The notes below the pieces were generated by a model. It did no database searches. It was not told the DNA's origin and was given only the letters and a program-made list of their open reading frames with translations. A program made the position numbers and the translations under genes. A stretch of DNA of 64,000 bases, taken from assembly GCA_017559855.1 (NCBI GenBank), contig JAFYQP010000058.1:615-64614 (forward strand), read 5' to 3'. Shown piece after piece: positions 8,781-17,510 of this stretch; position 1 is the stretch's first letter; every line of letters starts with the position of its first letter. The stretch comes from Clostridia bacterium. GTDB taxonomy: Bacteria; Bacillota; Clostridia; Oscillospirales; JAAYXM01.

Positions 8781-8800
8781 ATAGAAAAACTATAGAAACG

Positions 8801-9574
8801 GTGATGAATATGCAAAAGTTAAGTTTTTTCGACTGTAACGCTTACTTCGGGCCCAGAAAACTCTGTATGCCCGGTTCTTTCTCAACCAAGGAAGAACTAT
8901 TTGCCAACATGGACTTATACGGCATTGACCGTGCACTTGTAACTCACGCATTTGCACGTGAACTCGATCCTGTAGAGGGCAATGCTCGTCTTATGGACGA
9001 GATTAAAAACGACGAAACCCTATCTCCTATGTGGGTTGCACTTCCCCATCATACCGGCGAATTTGCAAAGCCTGATATGTTAATCAGAATGATGAAAAAA
9101 CAGAACGTTCGTGCAGTTACTCTTCTTGCAAGTCCCGCTTATTATTTCTTCTCACTTCAGGAATGGAATTGCGGCGAGTTGTATTCTGCCCTTGAGGATG
9201 CGAGAATTCCGTTATTTTTAGGTTATCCTCAACTTGATCCTAATCTTGACGGTCTTTACACCATTCTCAAAAACCATCCCAAACTTCCCCTTGTACTCAC
9301 CAATGCAAATTACCGTATTGCTCGCAACCTCTATCCCCTGCTTTCCCGCTTTGACAATCTCTATGTAGAGACTTTCGGTTTCAAGGCACAGGACGGAATT
9401 GAGGATATCTGCCAGAAATTCGGTGCAGAGCGTCTTATTTTCGGCTCCGGTATGCCCGATTCATCCGGTGGCGGTGCAGTTGCAATGATCACCTATGCTG
9501 ACATTTCCTTCGAAGAAAAGCAAATGATTGCAAGTGGTAACTTAGAGAAACTTTTAGGAGGTGTGAAGTTCTAA
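8801..9574 (+). CDS. amidohydrolase-2-like TIM-barrel protein with a degenerate metal-binding motif
   Basis: 257 aa, similar in length and pattern to the neighbouring gene. It carries FFDCNAYFG where the neighbour has IIDCHDHMG. The start is ambiguous (GTG 8801, ATG 8804 or ATG 8810). Confidence 0.65.
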   Translation: MMNMQKLSFFDCNAYFGPRKLCMPGSFSTKEELFANMDLYGIDRALVTHAFARELDPVEGNARLMDEIKNDETLSPMWVALPHHTGEFAKPDMLIRMMKKQNVRAVTLLASPAYYFFSLQEWNCGELYSALEDARIPLFLGYPQLDPNLDGLYTILKNHPKLPLVLTNANYRIARNLYPLLSRFDNLYVETFGFKAQDGIEDICQKFGAERLIFGSGMPDSSGGGAVAMITYADISFEEKQMIASGNLEKLLGGVKF

Positions 9575-10368
9575 TGGATATCAGAGAAAAGATTTTAACA
9601 GGAACTCCCATTGACGATTTCAGAATTATCGACTGTCACGACCACATGGGACGTTGGAACGCATTTTATATTCCTCAGGACGGTTCTGCCGATCAAATGG
9701 TTGCATCTATGGACAGATACGGCATTGATCAGGTTTTTGCGACCGCACATTCCGCAATCGGCCCTGATTACGTCCACGGCAACGATATGATTGCCGCTGC
9801 TTGTGATAAATACCCCGACCGCATTTGGGGCTACTGTACGGTTAACCCCAATCACATGGAGGATATGAAGGCAGAACTTGAACGCTGCTTTGCGAACTCC
9901 GGTTTCAAAGGTATTAAGTTCCATCCTGCATGTCACGGCAGAGCGATTTCCGACAAAAACTACACCCCCGCTCTTGAATATGCTGATGATAAAAAACTTC
10001 CCATTCTCATTCACGTGTGGGGTTCCGGTGACGTTGCTCAGGTAGATACCCTTGCAAAAAACTACCCCAACGCACGTTTTATTATGGGACATTCAGGTGC
10101 TGACCTTTATGGTATTTCCCTTGCAATTGACACTATGAATAAGCGTGACAACGTCTATGGTGACACCGCACTTTCAACCGCAATGCAAGGTCAGATTGAG
10201 TGGTTAGTCAAGGAGGCCAATCCAAAGAAAATCGTGTTCGGTTCGGACATGCCTTTCTATGATCCCGCTCCCACCGTTGGCCGAATCGCTCTTGCAGATA
10301 TTCCTTTGGAAACAAAAATTGACATTTTCGGAAGAAATATGGCAGAGGCTATGGGAATCAAATATTAA
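9574..10368 (+). CDS. amidohydrolase family protein (Amidohydro_2 / COG2159-like metal-dependent hydrolase)
   Basis: 264 aa. The motifs DCHDH, KFHPACHG, GHSG and GSDMPF match the metal ligand pattern of the family. The start overlaps the upstream stop (TAATG). Confidence 0.8.
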   Translation: MDIREKILTGTPIDDFRIIDCHDHMGRWNAFYIPQDGSADQMVASMDRYGIDQVFATAHSAIGPDYVHGNDMIAAACDKYPDRIWGYCTVNPNHMEDMKAELERCFANSGFKGIKFHPACHGRAISDKNYTPALEYADDKKLPILIHVWGSGDVAQVDTLAKNYPNARFIMGHSGADLYGISLAIDTMNKRDNVYGDTALSTAMQGQIEWLVKEANPKKIVFGSDMPFYDPAPTVGRIALADIPLETKIDIFGRNMAEAMGIKY

Positions 10369-10376
10369 ATAAAAAA

Positions 10377-10401
10377 AGATGCTTTCCAAAGGAAAGCATC
10401 T
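10377..10401. terminator. bidirectional intrinsic terminator (amidohydrolase operon / obg)
   Basis: 11-bp stem agatgctttcc/ggaaagcatct with a 3-nt loop, flanked by A7 and T7, between convergent genes. Confidence 0.8.
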
Positions 10402-10405
10402 TTTT

Positions 10406-11680
10406 TTATTTTACGTATTCAAACTCTAAATCGTAGATGATGATTGTATCGCCCTCTTCAACGCCTCTTGCTTCAAGTTTATCGAAAACTTCCTTCTTGC
10501 GAAGTAGGTTTTCGAAATAAAGTCGGGATTCGTGGTCGTCAAAGTTAACAGAGCCCATAGCACGTTTGATCCAATCCGCCTCCACCATATAGACGTCACC
10601 GTCAAGACGGGTAATCTCGATATTGTAGTCATTATCAATCTCAATAATTGGTGCTACATACTCCGGCTCATAGGTTTTTATAGGCGGGAGTTTAGAGAGA
10701 CTCTCCGCTATTTGATTTAAAAGTTCGTCAACACCATTTCTTGTTGCAGCAGACATTTCAAAGAAGGGATAGCCTTTTTCCTCAATATACTTCTTGAAAG
10801 TATCAATTTGCTCACGATCATACACAAGATCGCACTTATTTGCCGCAACAATCATAGTACGTGCCGCAAGTTCAGGATTGTACCTTTCAAGTTCTTCGTT
10901 TATCTTCTCGAAATCGTCAATAGGATCTCTTCCCTCACTACCGGAAACATCAACAATGTGCACGATAAGACGGCATCTGTCAATATGACGAAGGAAGGTA
11001 TGGCCAAGACCGGCACCCTCACTTGCACCCTCAATAATACCGGGGATATCTGCCATTACATAGGAAAACTCCTCATTAACACGGACAACACCTAAATTAG
11101 GTGTAAGTGTGGTAAAGTGGTAGTTTGCAATTTTCGGTTTTGCCGCACTTACCATAGATAAAAGCGTGGACTTACCAACATTAGGGAATCCTGCAAGACC
11201 GACGTCAGCAAGGAGTTTCAGTTCAAGACGAACGGACATTTCCTGACCGTCAAGTCCCGGTTTTGCAAAGCGTGGAGCTTGTCTGGTAGGAGTAGCGAAA
11301 TGTTGGTTACCCCAACCGCCACGACCGCCTTTGCAGATGACGAAACGGTCGATATTGGACATATCGCAAACAAGTGCTCCACTCTCCTGGTCATAGACCA
11401 AAGTGCCTCGCGGCACACGGATAACAAGGTCCTGTCCCGCTTTACCGGAGCATTTTTTACCGCCGCCCGGTTCGCCGTTTTGTGCTACGTATTTCTTTTT
11501 ATAGCGGAACTCAACAAGGGTTGACATATGGTCGTTCACTTCTAAAACAACATTTCCGCCGTTACCGCCGTCTCCGCCGTCAGGACCGCCGTTTGCAACA
11601 TACTTTTCACGGTGGAATGCTACCGCACCGTCACCTCCGCGTCCTGCACGTAGATATATTTTAGCAACGTCAACAAACAT
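10406..11680 (-). CDS. obg: GTPase Obg/CgtA
   Basis: 424 aa. Glycine-rich Obg fold MFVDVAKIYLRAGRGGDGAVAFHREKY...GGPDGGDGGNGG, G domain GFPNVGKST, and a C-terminal OCT domain. Confidence 0.97.
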   Translation of the reverse strand: MFVDVAKIYLRAGRGGDGAVAFHREKYVANGGPDGGDGGNGGNVVLEVNDHMSTLVEFRYKKKYVAQNGEPGGGKKCSGKAGQDLVIRVPRGTLVYDQESGALVCDMSNIDRFVICKGGRGGWGNQHFATPTRQAPRFAKPGLDGQEMSVRLELKLLADVGLAGFPNVGKSTLLSMVSAAKPKIANYHFTTLTPNLGVVRVNEEFSYVMADIPGIIEGASEGAGLGHTFLRHIDRCRLIVHIVDVSGSEGRDPIDDFEKINEELERYNPELAARTMIVAANKCDLVYDREQIDTFKKYIEEKGYPFFEMSAATRNGVDELLNQIAESLSKLPPIKTYEPEYVAPIIEIDNDYNIEITRLDGDVYMVEADWIKRAMGSVNFDDHESRLYFENLLRKKEVFDKLEARGVEEGDTIIIYDLEFEYVK

Positions 11681-11715
11681 TAATATTTCCCTCCTTTTTC
11701 GGGGATAATAAAAAT

Positions 11716-11742
11716 GGGGCTTACCGTTTCTCGGAAAGCCCC
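11716..11742 (-). terminator. intrinsic terminator after rpmA
   Basis: Stem ggggctt/aagcccc with an inner stem, followed by a T-run on the minus strand. Confidence 0.65.
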
Positions 11743-11755
11743 AATTTCTTGTTAA

Positions 11756-12034
11756 TTACTGTGCAACGATGGATACTTTCTTGCGATCGCGACCCATACG
11801 CTCGAATTTAACAATACCGTCAGCCATAGCGAAAAGTGTATCATCAGAACCCTTGCCAACGTTTGTGCCCGGGTGAATCTTTGTTCCGCGCTGACGAACA
11901 AGAATGTTGCCTGCGAGAACGAACTGACCGTCCGCACGCTTTACACCAAGACGCTTGGACTCAGAGTCACGACCGTTCTTGGTAGAACCAACACCCTTCT
12001 TATGTGCGAAAAACTGAATAGATAATTTAAGCAT
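11756..12034 (-). CDS. rpmA: 50S ribosomal protein L27 with N-terminal propeptide
   Basis: 92 aa, [30 protein letters not shown].... The track ORF (139 aa) is over-extended into prp. The ATG at 12034 lies 4 nt after the prp stop. Confidence 0.95.
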   Translation of the reverse strand: MLKLSIQFFAHKKGVGSTKNGRDSESKRLGVKRADGQFVLAGNILVRQRGTKIHPGTNVGKGSDDTLFAMADGIVKFERMGRDRKKVSIVAQ

Positions 12035-12038
12035 GGAA

Positions 12039-12347
12039 TTACACCTCCAAAACCTCGATATATTCCGAATATTCATCTCTGAGTGCAACCAAATGTAACA
12101 TAAGACCTGAGATAACATCTCTTGCCTTCTCGTTATCCGCAGATAATCTAAGATAAACGGATGCATCTTTCTCATTCACCTTAACGGTTGCCTCCGCACC
12201 TATCACATCGGTAATGGTGCATTCACAAAGACCAACCGCACTTGAAACCGCGGCACATACAATGTCCGATCCTGCCTCTGCATAACCGGAATGGCCTGAA
12301 ATTTCAAAACCCGGAAGCCCTTGCGTAAAAAACTTTGCCGTAATCAT
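12039..12347 (-). CDS. prp: ribosomal-processing cysteine protease Prp
   Basis: 102 aa. The pattern [22 protein letters not shown] (His/Cys dyad region) and its position between rplU and rpmA are diagnostic. Confidence 0.92.
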   Translation of the reverse strand: MITAKFFTQGLPGFEISGHSGYAEAGSDIVCAAVSSAVGLCECTITDVIGAEATVKVNEKDASVYLRLSADNEKARDVISGLMLHLVALRDEYSEYIEVLEV

Positions 12348-12658
12348 TAGCCGTTGATCTTTTCGATCTGGATCTTGGTGTACGGCTGTCTGTGGCCCTG
12401 ACGACGGCGATAGTTCTTCTTCGGCTTCATCTTGAAGACGAGAACCTTCTTGCTCTTACCGTTCTTAACTGCCTTTGCAGTAACGGTTGCGCCGGAAACC
12501 ACGGGAGTACCAATCTTGGTGTTCTCACCATCGATAAGCATTAAAACGTTGTCAAAGGTAATTGCTGCATCAGCCTCAACGTTGAGCTTCTCAACGAAGA
12601 TAACATCACCCTCAGATACCTTGTACTGCTTACCACCGGTAACGAAAATTGCCTGCAT
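12347..12658 (-). CDS. rplU: 50S ribosomal protein L21
   Basis: 103 aa from [25 protein letters not shown]. The track start at 12691 adds 11 unlikely residues. Confidence 0.95.
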   Translation of the reverse strand: MQAIFVTGGKQYKVSEGDVIFVEKLNVEADAAITFDNVLMLIDGENTKIGTPVVSGATVTAKAVKNGKSKKVLVFKMKPKKNYRRRQGHRQPYTKIQIEKING

Positions 12659-12741
12659 TTTGTTGCACCTCTCTCTCATTTTTAGAGTCACGCTCCGATA
12701 GGTACGAGAAACCTCGTTTTATAACCCACCCAGATGCGGCT
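12659..12741 (-). promoter_or_regulatory. possible L21 ribosomal-protein leader (5' UTR of rplU-prp-rpmA)
   Basis: About 85-nt UTR between a strong promoter and rplU, with small hairpins (ggct-aa-agcc; acgag-gttt-ctcgt). Firmicutes are known to carry an L21 leader here, but I cannot confirm the structure by eye. Confidence 0.3.
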
Positions 12742-12747
12742 TTAGCC

Positions 12748-12776
12748 ATTGTAGCATAGATTTATATCAATGTCAA
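12748..12776 (-). promoter_or_regulatory. consensus sigmaA promoter of rplU-prp-rpmA
   Basis: On the minus strand: TTGACA, 17 nt, TACAAT. Confidence 0.7.
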
Positions 12777-12783
12777 CACTTTT

Positions 12784-13635
12784 TTATTCTGCGGTAAGTT
12801 CTGCCGCACGAAGAGTATTCTGCATAAGCATTGTGATAGTCATAGGACCTACGCCACCAGGAACAGGAGTGATATAAGATGCAATCTCTGCAACCTCATC
12901 GTACGCAACGTCGCCTCTGAGTTTACCCTCTGCGTTTCTGTTCATACCAACGTCGATTACAACCGCACCGGGTTTTACCATATCAGCGGTTACAAACTCA
13001 AGTTTGCCGATAGCGGCAACAAGAATATCTGCCTCACGGGTAATTTCCGCCAAGTTCTGTGTGCGGGAATGGCAAACGGTAACGGTTGCATTCTTATGTA
13101 AAAGAAGCATAGCCTGGGGTTTACCCACGATATTTGAACGACCGATAACAACCGCACGCTTACCGGTAACGTCAATACCATATTCATCAAGCAGTGCCAT
13201 AACGCCTGCAGGTGTGCAGGGAACGAACTCATAGTCGCCCGTCATAATAGCACCTACATTCTGCTTATGGAAAGCATCAACGTCCTTTTCCGGACGGATG
13301 GTAAGGATAACCTTATCCTCGCTGATATGTTTAGGAAGCGGAAGTTGAACGAGAATGCCGTTAATATCACGTCTCTCGTTGAGTTCACGTACCAAAGTCA
13401 AGAGTTGCTCTTCGGTTGTCTCCTCAGGCAATGCGTATTCCTCACTGTAAATGCCGCATTCAGCACATGCTTTTTTCTTATTGTTTACATACACACGACT
13501 TGCAGGGTTATTGCCTACAATGATTACCGCAAGACCGGGAGTAATTCCACGTGCCTTAAGAGCCTCTACCTTTTCAAGGATTGCACCACGCATTTTAGCG
13601 GATGTTGCCTTGCCGTCAATTATCTTTGCTGCCAT
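12784..13635 (-). CDS. folD: bifunctional methylenetetrahydrofolate dehydrogenase/cyclohydrolase
   Basis: 283 aa, MAAKIIDGKA...PGLAVIIVGNNPASRVYV...GRSNIVGKP...TPVPGGVGPMT. Confidence 0.96.
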   Translation of the reverse strand: MAAKIIDGKATSAKMRGAILEKVEALKARGITPGLAVIIVGNNPASRVYVNNKKKACAECGIYSEEYALPEETTEEQLLTLVRELNERRDINGILVQLPLPKHISEDKVILTIRPEKDVDAFHKQNVGAIMTGDYEFVPCTPAGVMALLDEYGIDVTGKRAVVIGRSNIVGKPQAMLLLHKNATVTVCHSRTQNLAEITREADILVAAIGKLEFVTADMVKPGAVVIDVGMNRNAEGKLRGDVAYDEVAEIASYITPVPGGVGPMTITMLMQNTLRAAELTAE

Positions 13636-14431
13636 AATTTTCTTTCTCCTTTTTTCTATACATAATTACTAAAGCGGCAACAGAACTTACAAATGCCACT
13701 ATTGCTACTACCTGAGATACAAGCAGGTTTGTTCCTGGGATAACGTATTCTCTCGCCTTGATACTCTCGATAATTGCTCTGCCCAAGCCATACCACGCAG
13801 TATAAAGCAGGAATATCTCACCTTTAAACTTTCTTCTCTTAGAATAGAAATGCAAAATCACAAAACCGACTGCATTCCACAATGATTCATACAAAAATGC
13901 AGGATGTGCGGACACACCGTTTACCACCATTTCCCACGGAAGATCGGTTGCAATGCCGTATTCCTCACCGTTTACAAAATTGCCCCAACGTCCGATAGAC
14001 TGACCGATAAGAAGTCCTAATGCACCCACATCCATCATTGCAGGAAGACAGGCCTCTTTTTTTCGTTTTGCGTAGATAATAAACGCTAACATCGCACCGA
14101 TTATTGCACCGTATATGGAAATGCCGCCTTCCCATACATACAACACGGAAACAAGGTTATGCCTGTAACTTTCAAAATCGAATGCTACGTGATATATTCT
14201 CGCACCGATTATTGCCATAGGTACCGCGAGAAGAAGCGCGTCAAGCAGATGCTCCTGATCCGTGCCCAACTCCTTCGCTCTCTTCATTCCGTAGAACGTG
14301 GCAAGGATAAAACCGGTAACGATTATAAGTGCATACCAATATATCACCGGTCCGAAACCTAAATCAATCGCCCGTCGGTCGATAATAAAATCCAGGCCGA
14401 GGCCGGGGAATTCTATATGATTTTTAAACAT
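13616..14431 (-). CDS. lgt: prolipoprotein diacylglyceryl transferase
   Basis: 271 aa polytopic protein with the Lgt signature GRWGNFVNGE. Its 3' end overlaps the folD start by 20 nt. Confidence 0.93.
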   Translation of the reverse strand: MFKNHIEFPGLGLDFIIDRRAIDLGFGPVIYWYALIIVTGFILATFYGMKRAKELGTDQEHLLDALLLAVPMAIIGARIYHVAFDFESYRHNLVSVLYVWEGGISIYGAIIGAMLAFIIYAKRKKEACLPAMMDVGALGLLIGQSIGRWGNFVNGEEYGIATDLPWEMVVNGVSAHPAFLYESLWNAVGFVILHFYSKRRKFKGEIFLLYTAWYGLGRAIIESIKAREYVIPGTNLLVSQVVAIVAFVSSVAALVIMYRKKEKENYGSKDN

Positions 14432-14433
14432 AC

Positions 14434-15699
14434 TTAAACCTCTTCGTTTTTAGGTAAAACCTTTGACATTGTCATTGACTTTTCCCAAGGGAAACTTTCA
14501 ACGAATTTCATTATATCACGTTTTGTGATTTTTTCAAAGATGTTAAAAGTATCAAAATAATCGAAATTTGCAAATTCAGCTTCGGCAATACTGCGACAAA
14601 GAGACGCAAATCTGTCTGACCTGCGGATTTTCATACCGTAAATTGCACGTTTTATTCTTTCAAAATACTCGTCATCAATATTATGCGAGACCTTGAGCAC
14701 CGCTTCCTTTACAAGTTCGGGATTTCTGCTCTCACCCGAAAGGACAATTGCAATACATCCGGGATAGAATATCGCCTCGGCACCAAACTCCTGATTTATA
14801 ATGCCTTTTCCGTAAAGTTCAGAATAAAACGCAGACCCCTCACCGAAAAGCAGTTCACACGCCATGGATGCACAGGCTCTGTTGGCTGCACCCTCATCAC
14901 CCGATGTCTCCGCAAGTTTTTTAAATCCGAGTGCAAAAATCGGAAGATTACATTCCATAGTTTGGCAAATTTCCGCACATGCAACATCACAAGGTTCAAC
15001 GCCGTAATCACGCTTTGGTGGTGTTGTATACTTTTTATCAAGCATCGCCTCTGCGGTTTCAATTATCTTTTTCGCATCAACGTCTCCCACAACGGTAAGA
15101 AGCATATTTGAGGGAATATAGAAAGTTCTGTAGCAATCATAGAGCACGTTACGGTCAATATTTCCGATACTTTCAACCGTTCCTATTATGGAATCACGTG
15201 CGGGGTGGACTTTAAAAAGATTTGCCATAAGGTTCTCATACACCTTAAAATCCGGCTTATCATTTACCATTCCGATTTCCTGCCCGATTATTCCCTGCTC
15301 CTTACTTACGTTCTCCTCGGTAAAATGAGGTGAACTTACGAAGTCTAAAAGAATTTCAAGATTACGCTCGAAATTTTCGGTACAGGAAAAATGGTATGCG
15401 GTCATATTTTTACTTGTAAACGCATTTGGTGATGCACCTGTCTGTGCAAAGGTAGTAAGTGCATTGCCCCCGTCCGGCTGTTCAAAAACCTTATGCTCTA
15501 AAAAATGTGCAACACCTTTGGGAGGTACGACTATACCTTTACCTGCATCAAATGCCGCATCAATGGAGCCGTAATGCACCGACAGTTGTGCGTATGCTTT
15601 GGTGAAACCGGGTTTTGGCACGATAACTATTTTAAGTCCGTTTGCAAGTGTCTCGGTAATGACTTTTTCATGAATTCTGGGGTAAACCTTTTCTTGCAT
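14434..15699 (-). CDS. M16-family zinc peptidase (active subunit; HxxEH present)
   Basis: 421 aa. The inverted zinc motif HFLEH occurs in GVAHFLEHKVFE. Confidence 0.88.
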   Translation of the reverse strand: MQEKVYPRIHEKVITETLANGLKIVIVPKPGFTKAYAQLSVHYGSIDAAFDAGKGIVVPPKGVAHFLEHKVFEQPDGGNALTTFAQTGASPNAFTSKNMTAYHFSCTENFERNLEILLDFVSSPHFTEENVSKEQGIIGQEIGMVNDKPDFKVYENLMANLFKVHPARDSIIGTVESIGNIDRNVLYDCYRTFYIPSNMLLTVVGDVDAKKIIETAEAMLDKKYTTPPKRDYGVEPCDVACAEICQTMECNLPIFALGFKKLAETSGDEGAANRACASMACELLFGEGSAFYSELYGKGIINQEFGAEAIFYPGCIAIVLSGESRNPELVKEAVLKVSHNIDDEYFERIKRAIYGMKIRRSDRFASLCRSIAEAEFANFDYFDTFNIFEKITKRDIMKFVESFPWEKSMTMSKVLPKNEEV

Positions 15700-16969
15700 A
15701 AGGAGTCTCCTTTCCTGTGAGAACGTATGTCATACAGTTTTTCAGGGAATTTGCGGCATCAACAACCGCCTCGATATCAACCGCCATAATTCTTGCAATA
15801 CGGAAGTCAACTTCACGGGACAGTCCCATAACACTCTCGCTAAGCCAATATGCTTCAAGTCCTACGGCAGAGTCACCGTTTGTTTTAAAACCGTCGATAA
15901 TATACCTTTTTGCGTTTTGAAGTTCCTCGTCGGTTATTTTTCCTTCCTGACAGTCAATAAGTTGCTTTAGCATTTCCCCTCTCGCCTCTTCGACTTTTTG
16001 AGGATCAACACCGCTATACATAAATATAGTCTGTAAATACTTGTCGTATTTCGCTCCAACATAGTAGCACAGAGACTTTTCCTCACGAACGTGGGTAAAG
16101 AGTTTTGATGCCGTGCCACCGCCTAAAATTGTCGTCAGAACCTGAACCGCAGGTTGGTTTGTGCTACCTGCACGGCAAGGTGTGTAAAGACCTATAAGAA
16201 GATTTGCCTGCAGAACGTCAAATTGTGTGCATATCTCGTTCTCCTTCGGTTCTGCCGGCTTGTCCAAAACGATGAAATTATCATATTCACGGGGAAGATT
16301 TAAAAGTGCAGGTTTGATACACGCCTCAATTTCCTCAAAACTTGCATCGCCGCAGAAGAAAATTTCAAGTGGTGCGTGTAAATACACCTTTTTATAATGT
16401 TCGTACAGAGATTTATGAGTGACTTCAGAAATTTTTGTCACGTCACCGTCTTCGTTAACGCCAAATCCCGTACCCTCAAAAAGAGCCTCAACAGATTTGC
16501 CGTAAGCATAACTTAATTTTTCATTGATTGCACCGTTTAAATAATCGACAAGATTTTCTTTTTCGCTTTCCACGTATTCCTTTATAAAAGCGTCACCACT
16601 TATAACGGGATCTAAAAGAACCTCAAGGGCGAGATGTAATGTTTCCTCCAACATTTTTTCGCCGTCGGTAACACATTTTGAATTTATCAGATCGCAAACC
16701 ACGCCACTTGCCTGAACGTTGCCATATTTACGCACAAGAGGTTCTACCCTTGCACCGTAAAGTGAATCAAGAGCAGACGTAAGCCTTGTCATATCGGGAT
16801 ACCTTTTTGTTCCTCTTTTTAAAACAGACGGAATAAGTGCATTCATTGTTGCACTCTCAAAGGTGAGTGGCAACATAAAACTTGCGGAAAAGCAAGAAGT
16901 TTTAAACTTATCGGTACTTATAACACGAAGTCTCACGCCGGGAAGTATTTCACGATATACGTTTTGCAT
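15668..16969 (-). CDS. M16-family peptidase-like protein (no HxxEH; probable non-catalytic partner)
   Basis: 433 aa from MQNVYREILPGVRL (ATG 16969, AAGGAG 8 nt upstream). It has M16 architecture but no HxxEH near the N-terminus. Its 3' end overlaps the downstream gene by 32 nt. Confidence 0.8.
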   Translation of the reverse strand: MQNVYREILPGVRLRVISTDKFKTSCFSASFMLPLTFESATMNALIPSVLKRGTKRYPDMTRLTSALDSLYGARVEPLVRKYGNVQASGVVCDLINSKCVTDGEKMLEETLHLALEVLLDPVISGDAFIKEYVESEKENLVDYLNGAINEKLSYAYGKSVEALFEGTGFGVNEDGDVTKISEVTHKSLYEHYKKVYLHAPLEIFFCGDASFEEIEACIKPALLNLPREYDNFIVLDKPAEPKENEICTQFDVLQANLLIGLYTPCRAGSTNQPAVQVLTTILGGGTASKLFTHVREEKSLCYYVGAKYDKYLQTIFMYSGVDPQKVEEARGEMLKQLIDCQEGKITDEELQNAKRYIIDGFKTNGDSAVGLEAYWLSESVMGLSREVDFRIARIMAVDIEAVVDAANSLKNCMTYVLTGKETPYARKGLPQNS

Positions 16970-17057
16970 TATATCAACTCCTTTATCTGTATTATACACT
17001 TATAACGCCTTCTTCGCAACCGATTTTATTTTCTCTTATATATTTTGAAAATAAACC

Positions 17058-17086
17058 TTGACAACACCTTATCTCTCGTGTATAAT
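17058..17086 (+). promoter_or_regulatory. consensus sigmaA promoter of ylxM-ffh
   Basis: TTGACA, 17 nt, TATAAT. Confidence 0.7.
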
Positions 17087-17126
17087 TCATCTGTAAAGTA
17101 ATTCGACTTTACAAGGAGGGCTTGCT

Positions 17127-17495
17127 TTGACGAAAGAAAAGTCATATGAAATGACCATGCTGTTTGATTTCTACGGCGACGTTCTGACCGATAAGCAGCG
17201 TGAACTGTTTGATTTATATTATAATGAAGATTTATCTCTCGCTGAAATCTCCGAACATCTGGGAATTACCCGTCAGGGTGTGCGTGACGGCATCATCCGT
17301 GCCGAGGAGATTATAAAAAGTTTTGAAGAAAAACTCAATTTAGTTGCACGATTTGGTAAAATTTCCGAGGACGTCCGCATTATTTGCGACTCGGCCGAGA
17401 AGATAATTTCTTTGAATAATGCTAACTGCAGAAGCCCTGAACTTAACGCTTGTGCCGAGGAAATTCTTCTTCGTGCAAAGGGGCTTGCCGAATAA
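17127..17495 (+). CDS. ylxM: YlxM/p13-like putative DNA-binding protein (UPF0122)
   Basis: 122 aa. The sigma-70 region-4-like HTH is LSLAEISEHLGITRQGVRD. It sits in the conserved position immediately upstream of ffh. TTG start with AAGGAGG 8 nt upstream. Confidence 0.88.
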   Translation: MTKEKSYEMTMLFDFYGDVLTDKQRELFDLYYNEDLSLAEISEHLGITRQGVRDGIIRAEEIIKSFEEKLNLVARFGKISEDVRIICDSAEKIISLNNANCRSPELNACAEEILLRAKGLAE

Positions 17496-17510
17496 ATTGG
17501 AGGGTAATCA

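Noticed and set aside
12035-12175. 5' extension of the rpmA ORF (track ORF 11756..12175)
   Set aside because: The extension overlaps the prp coding region in another frame. The L27 homology, including the Prp-cleaved propeptide, begins at the ATG at 12034.
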